NCBI GenBank assembly: GCA_963823555.1 | Contig: CAWGMA010000003.1 | Coordinates: forward strand, 736,001 to 800,000 | DNA length: 64,000 nt | From: Candidatus Eiseniibacteriota bacterium | GTDB lineage: Bacteria > Eisenbacteria > RBG-16-71-46 > CAVPCR01 | Reading direction: 5' to 3' | Shown: positions 7,249-15,556 of the stretch, piece by piece | Position numbering within the stretch: the first letter of the stretch is position 1 | Layout of the letters: each line of letters begins with the position of its first letter | Translations under genes and position numbers: made by a program | The notes under the pieces: model-generated | The model's input: the letters and a program-made list of their open reading frames with translations, nothing else | Database searches by the model: none | What the model was told of the DNA's origin: nothing

Positions 7249-9779
7249 GACGGTCGCGCCCTGGTCTTTTCGGCGACCCGGCGGAGAGCGGTCAATACGG
7301 CGTCGGTCGCCTTGGCCTTGTGCTCGATCGCCGACGCGGCCATGGCCACGGGCACGAGCGCGAGAATGACGCTGGCGGCCAGCGCTCCGTCGAGCACGGC
7401 AGCCAGGGAGAGCGCGCCAAGCCCGAGGAAGACGACCAGGGCGCCCCGCGAGATCAGCGGCCAGATCCGGAAACGCACGAGCTGCCTACCAGCTCCATGC
7501 TCCTCGATCGCCATGAGCACGCGCACCGCCCCCAGCGTTCCATCGCGCACGGTCAGATCCCAATGATCGAACGCACCGCCATGCTGCACGACGGCCTGGT
7601 TTTCGCGCAGCGCCCTGACGAGCAGGGAGAGCCATCCCTCGGCCGGCCGCCATTTTTCACTCCAGATCGTGATTGTTCGCGGCCAGGGCAGGGCCGAGCC
7701 GGGTACTCCACGCTGCCGCCAGATGGTGAGTCCGAGGCTCAAGCGGCCCCTGAGCCGCGCCACCGGCTGGGCCAGGTGCAGATAGGCCGTGATCAGGCGG
7801 AATCGAAGGAGCTCGAAGGCCTTTGCACAGGGTGCCGGTGGGGTCTCGCGCCAGGCACTGGTCACGGCCTGAGCCAGGGACCAGGACAGGGCGAGGAGGA
7901 AGAGCGGGCTCATCATCAAGAGCGGTCGCCAGACGAGACCGAGGAGCGACAGCGCGCCGAGGGCGACCACGATGACCATCCATTCGGGCATGAGCGGGAG
8001 CGAGCTCAGCCAGCCGGCGGCTGGTTCGTAGACCGACTGGAAAGGAGCGCTGCCCCAGGGCCCCTGGTAGATGCGTCCCCGCCCCAGGCCCAGGGCGCGC
8101 TGTAGCCCGTTCCCGTAGATGCGTCCCGCCCAGCTCACGTGGCCGAACGTGTTGTACTTCTCCGGCCACTTGCGTTCGAGCAGTGCCTCCGCTTTGCCGT
8201 AGCCAACCTGCTGCTGGCAGTAGGCGCGGATCGTGTTCCGCCGGTGGTGCCATACCATGGCCGCGGCGTTGAACCCCAGCGTGTGCCCGCGTTCCTGAAG
8301 TCGCCAGCACACATCGACGTCATCGCCGGCGGTACGGAATTGAGTATCGAATCCTCCTATTTCGAGCAAGGCGCTCCGGCGAAAGGCCATGTTGCAGCCC
8401 GGGATGTGTTCGGCCACGCGGTCCGAGAGCAGCACGTGGTTGGGCCCGCCGGGTGAGGCGGCGACACAGGCGGCGATGAGTCCGTCATCGGGGGGCGGCA
8501 GGTTGGGGCCGCCGACCCCGGCGTGGGGGAAGCGGAGGAAGCTCGAAGCCAGGGACTTGAGCCAGTGGGGGTCGGGGTAGGCGTCGTCGTCGAGATAGGC
8601 CACGATCTCGCCGCTGGCGGCGGCCAGGCCCGTGTTGCGCGCGCTCGACAGGCCGCAATTCTCGGTCGAGATGACGCGAAACCCGTGGGCATGGGCGATC
8701 GCCGCCGTGTCATCGCACGATCCGTCGTCGACCACGATGACCTCGTAGCTGGGATAGTCGAGCGCCTGAAGGGCGGTGCAGCAGTCGCCGATCGTGCGTG
8801 CTCCGTTGTAGCTGCAGACCACGACCGAGATCTTGGGCCAGCGGATGCCGGGAGCGAAGGGCGCCTCGGCATAGGCGCGGCTGACAGCGGCCAGGGCGGG
8901 CTTCGGCTCGCGGTCGCGGCTGGTGAGACCAAAATCCCAGTCCTCGATGTCGTGGCCACCGCGATGCCACTCATCGGTCCAGGCAAAGACGAAGGTGCCG
9001 GCACAACCGGCAGCGAATGCGGTGCGCAACTGCCAGTCGAGGACCTGCGCTTGCTGCGCCGCGCCATGACGCCGGCTGTCGAGCCCGACTTCGGTCATGA
9101 GGAGGGGCTGCGAGCCGGCCCGATTCTGCAAGCGGGCGATGTAGGCGTCGAATTGCTCCTCATTCTCGATGTAGACGTTGAAGCAGACCAGATCGAGGAA
9201 CGGCAGCTCGAGGTACTCGGTGGTCGGGTAATTGACGTAGGTGACGAGCCCCCCGGGGTCTTCCTCCTTGGCGGCCATGGCGAGGCGCTCGATCGTCCGC
9301 TCGATCGCGCGATGGCCGTGCCAGCGCACGATGCTGGCGGGGATCTCGTTGCCGACGGCATAGGCCAGGAGTGCCGGGTGGCCGCGCAGCGCGCGCGCCC
9401 CGGCGCGGATGTTGGTCTCGATGGCGCGGAGACGCCTGGGGTCGGCGAGGAATGCGACGTGCTGCTCCCATGGGAACCCGACCATCACGCGCAGCCCGTG
9501 ATGGGCCGCGGAATCGAGGAGCCATCGCGGCGGCACCGTGTAGACGCGCACGGCGTTCATGCCCGCGGCGGCCATGGCCGCGAAGTCTCTCCCGACGCGC
9601 TCCGGGTCGCTGAACTCGCCGCCGTCGGGAGCCGGACGGAACGTGCCGTAGGTCACGCCCCGGACCAGGAGCTTCTCGTTGCCCGCCCACAGGAACTTGC
9701 CGCGCGCGCGAGGGCGGGCCGCGGTGAGGGCCGGCGGGTGGTGATCACTCCTTGGGGGATTGGCGGCGATGGTGGTCAT
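7245..9779 (-). CDS. Fusion of a GH-A clan (GH2-like) TIM-barrel domain and a GT2 glycosyltransferase with C-terminal TM helices
   Basis: VGNE and LMTEVG glutamate motifs; SVVVCSYN, VVDDGS, YLDDD, GDDVD and QQVGYG GT2 motifs. Start uncertain (ATG 9779 chosen; ORF is open to 9920). Confidence 0.85.
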   Translation of the reverse strand: MTTIAANPPRSDHHPPALTAARPRARGKFLWAGNEKLLVRGVTYGTFRPAPDGGEFSDPERVGRDFAAMAAAGMNAVRVYTVPPRWLLDSAAHHGLRVMVGFPWEQHVAFLADPRRLRAIETNIRAGARALRGHPALLAYAVGNEIPASIVRWHGHRAIERTIERLAMAAKEEDPGGLVTYVNYPTTEYLELPFLDLVCFNVYIENEEQFDAYIARLQNRAGSQPLLMTEVGLDSRRHGAAQQAQVLDWQLRTAFAAGCAGTFVFAWTDEWHRGGHDIEDWDFGLTSRDREPKPALAAVSRAYAEAPFAPGIRWPKISVVVCSYNGARTIGDCCTALQALDYPSYEVIVVDDGSCDDTAAIAHAHGFRVISTENCGLSSARNTGLAAASGEIVAYLDDDAYPDPHWLKSLASSFLRFPHAGVGGPNLPPPDDGLIAACVAASPGGPNHVLLSDRVAEHIPGCNMAFRRSALLEIGGFDTQFRTAGDDVDVCWRLQERGHTLGFNAAAMVWHHRRNTIRAYCQQQVGYGKAEALLERKWPEKYNTFGHVSWAGRIYGNGLQRALGLGRGRIYQGPWGSAPFQSVYEPAAGWLSSLPLMPEWMVIVVALGALSLLGLVWRPLLMMSPLFLLALSWSLAQAVTSAWRETPPAPCAKAFELLRFRLITAYLHLAQPVARLRGRLSLGLTIWRQRGVPGSALPWPRTITIWSEKWRPAEGWLSLLVRALRENQAVVQHGGAFDHWDLTVRDGTLGAVRVLMAIEEHGAGRQLVRFRIWPLISRGALVVFLGLGALSLAAVLDGALAASVILALVPVAMAASAIEHKAKATDAVLTALRRVAEKTRARPS

Positions 9780-9928
9780 GGTCGAAGGGAGGAGTCCTGG
9801 CTCCCGCATTGCCTGCAGGTTGCATGATACTCCCGTTCCTTTGATCGGCAAAGCAACTTCAATCTCGGCATCTGACACGCCAAAGCTGGCGGTGACGCCT
9901 GTCCCACGGTGAGACTGCATCAGTGCGT

Positions 9929-9968
9929 AACAGCGAGGACCTCCCCGAGCGGGGAGGTCCTCGCTGTT
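9929..9968 (-). terminator. Strong hairpin, probable terminator downstream of the giant repeat protein gene
   Basis: Perfect 18-bp inverted repeat AACAGCGAGGACCTCCCC/GGGGAGGTCCTCGCTGTT with a 4-nt loop. Confidence 0.8.
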
Positions 9969-10002
9969 GACTCGCGCTGATGCAACGCCGAGCCGCTACC
10001 GG

Positions 10003-13000
10003 CTACTTGAGAAGGATGGCCTTCCGCGTGGCGCTGTCATTCCCCGCGACGGCCCGGTAGAGGTAGATGCCCGGTGCCACGGGATCACCGTTCGTGTTCG
10101 TACCATCCCATTCGATACGCACGTACTCGGCGCCCGAGACCTCGCCGGTGAACCGACGCACCAGGTGGCCGCTCACGTCGTAGACATCGACGGTCCAGCT
10201 CGTCGCCTCCGGCAGGGCCAGGGTGAACCGAGTGTGCGGATTGAAGGGATTCGGGAAGCACTGGCCGAGCTCGAAGGCAGCTGGTGCTCCGAGCGGCATC
10301 TCGCCGGGTTCCGCCCCGCCGAACATGTCGCCGCCGAGTCCGGCCGCGGCGATCTGCATCGCTGTCCCCGGCCGGGCCGCGGCGCTGCACGGCACCAGGA
10401 ACCGGCACCGGTCGAAACCGCGGTTGATCGCGTCGACGGCGGCGTTGATGTCGGAGCGACTGGCGCCCGCCGTTGACAGGCCGGCCAGGGCGCGATTGGC
10501 GAGCTGGAGCAGCCCGCCCACGTCGCGCTGCAGGCCGAGATTGGTGAGTGCCGTCAAGACCGAGCTCGGAATGGTGAACGACAGGACAGGGCTCGAGGGA
10601 TCGATCTCGTCGTCTCCGGTGCCGTGCTGTCCATCGGGTCCCGGCAGGCTCCCCTTGGTGCAGAAGACGGCCTCGAGATCGAAGCCGGCGAGGTTGCCGT
10701 CGACGATTCCGTGATCATCGAGGCGGATGTTGAGGGCGAGCGCGATCGTTTGCCCGAGGAGCACGTTCCGGAACTTGCCCTCGCGGTCGACGGGCAACCG
10801 CCGCTGAGTCTGGCATTCAGGCGGGGCCAGCGTGGCATCGCCGATGTCCGGCAGCCCCGCCGCGTTCCCGCCGGCGGGGAGGCGGGCGATGATGCATTCG
10901 GCCGCGCTCAGCGGGATCGTGAGCGAGCGGCCGGGCATGCCGACGACGAGGGGCGCCGCAGAAAGGAGCTCCTCGATGAGGGGCTGGGTCCCCCATCCGT
11001 TGAAGGTGCCGCCCTGGTTGCCGTAGTAGCCCTGCGTGAGGGAGCAGTAGGCATCCGACGGACAGCCTTCGACGGTGATCCTCTGGCTGCACTGGGCCGA
11101 GGCGTTGCCGCAGTCGTCGACCGCTTCCCAGGTGCAGGTCGTGATCGTCGACCCGTCGGGCCCCGGCACCGTTTCCGAGCTCACGAGAATGATCTCGGGT
11201 GAAACGTCGCAGTTGTCGCTCGCCGTCGGCGTGCCGCACTCGGGCGTCGAGCCGCAGGGCAAGATGACGTCTGCCGGGCACTCGATGGTGGGTGGCATGG
11301 TGTCGTCGACGGTGATCAGCTGCACGCAATCAGCCGAGTTGCCGCACTCGTCGCTCGCCCGGTAGGTGCGCGTGATGGTCTCGGGGCAGGTCCTGCCATC
11401 CGAGACATCGCTCACGAACTCCACCGTGACGTCGGTGCAGGTGTCGGTGGCCGTCACCAGGGATGGATCCGGGAGCGGCACGTCATCCGGGCACTGGACC
11501 GAGACCGCATCCGGGCAGGTGACGATGATCGGTGGTTGGTCGTCGAGCACGGTGATGATCTGGGTGCACGTGATCGAGTTGCCGCAGGTCATGGCGCCCG
11601 CGTCCTTGCCGAGCTGTCCGGAGTCGGTGCCGGTCCACGAGCGCACGATGACGTAGCGGACATCGATCAGGGCCTTCGCCGGGTCGACGCCGCGGGCAGC
11701 GGCGATCGCTTCGAGGCTGGTCGGGTTCGCGGCCACCCCCCCCTTGGCCGGAGGCGGGCCGCCGCAGCTCCCGGGGATGATCTCATCCGAGTAAGTGACG
11801 ATCACCGGCGAAGCGCAGTTGTCGGTGGCCGTGGCATAGCCGGTGTAGTCCGGAGTCGTGGGATCGGTGCAGCTCACGGTGACATCGGGCGGGCAGGTGA
11901 TCTCGGGCGCCGTGGTGTCCTCGATGGTGATGAGCTGGACGCAGCTCGCGGAGTTGCCGCAGTCGTCGGCGGCGGTCCAGGTGCGGGTGATGACACCCTC
12001 CTGCGGGCAGCCGCCCTGGGTGAACACGTCCTCGTAGCTGACCGTGACCTCGCCCGGACAGTCGTCCTCGGCGGTGGCGTAGCCGGTGTTGTCGGGGAGC
12101 GTCGAGGCGTCGCACTCGATCGTCAAGTCGGGCGGGCAGGTGATGACCGGCGCCGAGTCGTCGAGCACGGTGATGATCTGGGTGCAGATGACGGCCGAGT
12201 TGCCGCAGGTCATGGCGCCCGCGTCCTTGCCGAGCTGTCCGGAGTCGGTGCCGGTCCACGAGCGCACGATGACGTAGCGGACATCGATCAGGGCCTGGGC
12301 CGCCTCGCGACCACGGGCCGCGGCGATGAGCTTCAAGGTGGCCGCATCCACCGTCACCGCGCCCTTGGCCAGGGCCGCGCCGCCGCAGTTCCCCGGGATG
12401 ATCTCGTCCTCGTAGGTGACGATGGGGTTGGGATCGCAGTTGTCGGTGGCCGTGGCGTAGCCGGTGTAGTCCGGAGTCGTGGGATCGGTGCAGCTCACGG
12501 TGACATCGGGCGGGCACTCGAGCGCGATCGGGGCCGTGGTGTCCTCGATGGTGATGAGCTGGACGCAGCTCGCGGAGTTGCCGCAGTCGTCGGCGGCGGT
12601 CCAGGTGCGGGTGATGACGCCCTCCTGCGGGCAGCCGCCCTGGGTGAACACGTCCTCATAGGTGACCGTGACCTCGCCCGGACAGTCGTCCTCGGCGGTG
12701 GCGTAGCCGGTGTTGTCGGGGAGCGTCGAGGCGTCGCACTCGATCGTCAAGTCGGGCGGGCAGGTGATGACCGGCGCCGAGTCGTCGAGCACGGTGATGA
12801 TCTGGGTGCAGATGACGGCCGAGTTGCCGCAGGTCATGGCGCCCGCGTCCTTGCCGAGCTGTCCGGAGTCGGTGCCGGTCCACGAGCGCACGATGACGTA
12901 GCGGACATCGATCAGGGCCTGGGCCGCCTCGCGACCACGGGCCGCGGCGATGAGCTTCAAGGTGGCCGCATCCACCGTCGCCATGCCCTTGGCCAGGGCC

Positions 13001-14958
13001 GCGCCGCCGCAGTTCCCCGGGATGATCTCGTCCTCGTAGGTGACGATGGGGTTGGGATCGCAGTTGTCGGTGGCCGTGGCGTAGCCGGTGTAGTCCGGAG
13101 TCGTGGGATCGGTGCAGCTCACGGTGACATCGGGCGGGCACTCGAGCGCGATCGGGGCCGTGGTGTCCTCGATGGTGATGAGCTGGACGCAGCTCGCGGA
13201 GTTGCCGCAGTCGTCGGCGGCGGTCCAGGTGCGGGTGATGACGCCCTCCTGCGGGCAGCCGCCCTGGGTGAACACGTCCTCGTAGGTGACCGTGACCTCG
13301 CCCGGACAGTCGTCCTCGGCGGTGGCGTAGCCGGTGTTGTCGGGGAGCGTCGAGGCGTCGCACTCGATCGTCAAGTCGGGCGGGCAGGTGATGACCGGCG
13401 CCGAGTCGTCGAGCACGGTGATGATCTGGGTGCAGATGACGGCCGAGTTGCCGCAGGTCATGGCGCCCGCGTCCTTGCCGAGCTGTCCGGAGTCGGTGCC
13501 GGTCCACGAGCGCACGATGACGTAGCGGACATCGATCAGGGCCTGGGCCGCCTCGCGACCACGGGCCGCGGCGATGAGCTTCAAGGTGGCCGCATCGACC
13601 GTCGCCGCGCCCTTGGCCAGGGCCGCGCCGCCGCAGTTCCCCGGGATGATCTCGTCCTCGTAGGTGACGATGGGGTTGGGATCGCAGTTGTCGGTGGCCG
13701 TGGCGTAGCCGGTGTAGTCCGGAGTCGTGGGATCGGTGCAGCTCACGGTGACATCGGGCGGGCACTCGAGCGCGATCGGGGCCGTGGTGTCCTCGATGGT
13801 GATGAGCTGGACGCAGCTCGCGGAGTTGCCACAGTCGTCGGCGGCGGTCCAGGTGCGGGTGATGACACCCTCTTGCGGGCAGCCGCCCTGGGTGAACACG
13901 TCCTCATAGGTGATGACGAGATCAGGATCGCAGTTGTCGGTGGCCGTCGCATAGCCGGTGTTGTCGGGGAGCGTCGAGGCGTCGCACTCGATCGTCAAGT
14001 CGGGCGGACAGGCGATCATCGGCGGTGTGTGGTCGACACAGACATCGATCTGGAGCGGCTCGATGAAGTCCTTCAACTCAGCGCGCGGCGAGGGAGCCGA
14101 CTTGGTGCGGATGAAGACCGTGTTGATCCCGTAGCAACCGCTGAGCTGGATCAGGCGGGTGAGATTGGCGGCCGCCTCCCCGAATGCATTGATCTCGTAG
14201 ACGGTCGACCCGAAGGCACCGAATGGCACCGTAACCTGCGAATCGGTGTTTGCTGCCACGAAGGCTGTCCCGGGGGTCGGCGTGAAATCCATGTAGTCGA
14301 ATCCGTTCTGCGCCGCTTGCCACCGCTGGGCGTAGAACTCCGCTGCCGAACCGCCGTTCGTGAGGTGGATGGTGAGGAGGACGTCACCGATGGTGCGCCC
14401 GCCGTCCGGTCCAGCCGAGCTGAAGGTGCCGTCAGGGTTCTGCGTGAGCGAGTTCTGCAGCAGCTCGAAGTCGATGTAGCTGTCACCGCCCGTGGATCGG
14501 CGGTCCCCACCCAGCGCCACCCAGAGATCGCCGGTCGTGGCATCGACATAGAAGTCGATGAGAGCGTTCTGGATGTCGTCCTTCTGCGGCACGCCGCCGT
14601 TCGTCCAGCGGTATGTGTTCGGGTCATCGTCGACCTTGTTGCCGGCGTAGAACCGCTCTTCATCCGCATCGCCATCGATGGGGTCGAAGAGGTGGACGGT
14701 CCGCGTCGGGTCGCGCGGGATCCCGTTGGCATCCAGCAGGCCGACGCCTGGCCCCGCTGGGCCATCGAGCCAGTCATCCGCGCTGTTGAACGGGGCCACA
14801 GCAGGAGAATTGGCGAGCAAGTCGCCATCGATGCCAACATGGTTGGCTCCGACACCAGGAGCCTGCGCGAAGCCGGGGGTGACCCAGGCCAGACTCAGTG
14901 CGGCGGCCAGGAGGACGGAGAATCGCACGACGTTGTGGCTAGGTTCCTTGGGGGCCAT
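10003..14958 (-). CDS. Giant secreted Cys-rich HYR-like repeat protein with FlgD-Ig C-terminal domain
   Basis: Signal-like FSVLLAAALSLAWVTPGFA after ATG 14958. Repeated CPPD...ATDNC...ITRTWTA.D.CGNS...Q.IT..D domains. Ends FPNPFNP...WDGTNTNGDPVAPGIYLY...RKAILLK. Confidence 0.88.
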   Translation of the reverse strand: MAPKEPSHNVVRFSVLLAAALSLAWVTPGFAQAPGVGANHVGIDGDLLANSPAVAPFNSADDWLDGPAGPGVGLLDANGIPRDPTRTVHLFDPIDGDADEERFYAGNKVDDDPNTYRWTNGGVPQKDDIQNALIDFYVDATTGDLWVALGGDRRSTGGDSYIDFELLQNSLTQNPDGTFSSAGPDGGRTIGDVLLTIHLTNGGSAAEFYAQRWQAAQNGFDYMDFTPTPGTAFVAANTDSQVTVPFGAFGSTVYEINAFGEAAANLTRLIQLSGCYGINTVFIRTKSAPSPRAELKDFIEPLQIDVCVDHTPPMIACPPDLTIECDASTLPDNTGYATATDNCDPDLVITYEDVFTQGGCPQEGVITRTWTAADDCGNSASCVQLITIEDTTAPIALECPPDVTVSCTDPTTPDYTGYATATDNCDPNPIVTYEDEIIPGNCGGAALAKGAATVDAATLKLIAAARGREAAQALIDVRYVIVRSWTGTDSGQLGKDAGAMTCGNSAVICTQIITVLDDSAPVITCPPDLTIECDASTLPDNTGYATAEDDCPGEVTVTYEDVFTQGGCPQEGVITRTWTAADDCGNSASCVQLITIEDTTAPIALECPPDVTVSCTDPTTPDYTGYATATDNCDPNPIVTYEDEIIPGNCGGAALAKGMATVDAATLKLIAAARGREAAQALIDVRYVIVRSWTGTDSGQLGKDAGAMTCGNSAVICTQIITVLDDSAPVITCPPDLTIECDASTLPDNTGYATAEDDCPGEVTVTYEDVFTQGGCPQEGVITRTWTAADDCGNSASCVQLITIEDTTAPIALECPPDVTVSCTDPTTPDYTGYATATDNCDPNPIVTYEDEIIPGNCGGAALAKGAVTVDAATLKLIAAARGREAAQALIDVRYVIVRSWTGTDSGQLGKDAGAMTCGNSAVICTQIITVLDDSAPVITCPPDLTIECDASTLPDNTGYATAEDDCPGEVTVSYEDVFTQGGCPQEGVITRTWTAADDCGNSASCVQLITIEDTTAPEITCPPDVTVSCTDPTTPDYTGYATATDNCASPVIVTYSDEIIPGSCGGPPPAKGGVAANPTSLEAIAAARGVDPAKALIDVRYVIVRSWTGTDSGQLGKDAGAMTCGNSITCTQIITVLDDQPPIIVTCPDAVSVQCPDDVPLPDPSLVTATDTCTDVTVEFVSDVSDGRTCPETITRTYRASDECGNSADCVQLITVDDTMPPTIECPADVILPCGSTPECGTPTASDNCDVSPEIILVSSETVPGPDGSTITTCTWEAVDDCGNASAQCSQRITVEGCPSDAYCSLTQGYYGNQGGTFNGWGTQPLIEELLSAAPLVVGMPGRSLTIPLSAAECIIARLPAGGNAAGLPDIGDATLAPPECQTQRRLPVDREGKFRNVLLGQTIALALNIRLDDHGIVDGNLAGFDLEAVFCTKGSLPGPDGQHGTGDDEIDPSSPVLSFTIPSSVLTALTNLGLQRDVGGLLQLANRALAGLSTAGASRSDINAAVDAINRGFDRCRFLVPCSAAARPGTAMQIAAAGLGGDMFGGAEPGEMPLGAPAAFELGQCFPNPFNPHTRFTLALPEATSWTVDVYDVSGHLVRRFTGEVSGAEYVRIEWDGTNTNGDPVAPGIYLYRAVAGNDSATRKAILLK
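11540..14010. repeat. About four tandem copies of a 624-bp (208-aa) intragenic repeat
   Basis: CACTCGATCGTCAAGTCGGGCGG recurs at 12113, 12737, 13361 and 13985 (624-bp period). The copy nearest the C-terminus is more diverged and slightly shorter. Confidence 0.95.
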
Positions 14959-15354
14959 TGGGGTCTCTCCTCGCGAGGGTCCCGGGAAGCGCTCGATCGT
15001 CTCCACGGGTTGTCTGGTGGTCATCAGAGCTGGAGTGGATACCGTGGCGCTTGACACTCGGCGACTGCGCTGCCTGGCGCCAGGCAGCGGGCCGCAGCCG
15101 GTCGGGACGGCGACCGACCCATCGGGCTGAGCGCGAGATTCATGACATCCCGGTCCGCTAATCGGAGGGATGAGCATGCTCGGCACTCCGGGTTGGGCAG
15201 GCACCGGGGCGGCCCCAGGCGCTTGCCGGGTGCTGGCTGCTCGTCCCCCATCGTGTGCCACGACTCTGACGCGGCACCGGGCGCCGTTCAGGCCTCGGAT
15301 CGCGGGCACATGAACTACTGGCGGAACTCCGGGACGAGCCTCGCCGCTTCGTAT

Positions 15355-15383
15355 AGGATACCCCCACCGTGTCTCTGTTGCAA
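15355..15383 (-). promoter_or_regulatory. Candidate sigma70 promoter of the giant repeat protein gene
   Basis: Minus strand reads TTGCAA-17 nt-TATCCT. Confidence 0.5.
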
Positions 15384-15556
15384 TCTGCGATGGTCCTTGC
15401 CAGGATCCAAATCATGATAAGAGGGCGCGAATTCTTGCTTTCGGCCGCGCCCCCGCCAACAAGGTGCCGCGACCTTGGCCAAATCACCCACTTTGCCCCC
15501 TCAACGGTACGGCGGTTGTGTCGGGGCCCTGATTCCATCAACAGGATGAGGGCGCG

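Noticed and set aside
11540..14010. Repeats as a CRISPR array or DGR template/variable pair
   Set aside because: Units are 624 bp, in-frame and coding, with no spacers. Differences are not adenine-specific, and there is no cas or reverse transcriptase gene in the window.
11536..15054. 1172-aa ORF on the + strand
   Set aside because: Antisense shadow of the repeat protein. High-GC codon bias and the repeats suppress stops; no motifs or RBS.
14959..15309. N-terminal 117-aa extension of the giant protein in the ORF track
   Set aside because: The signal peptide follows ATG 14958, which has a GAGGAG-like RBS; the extension looks non-coding.
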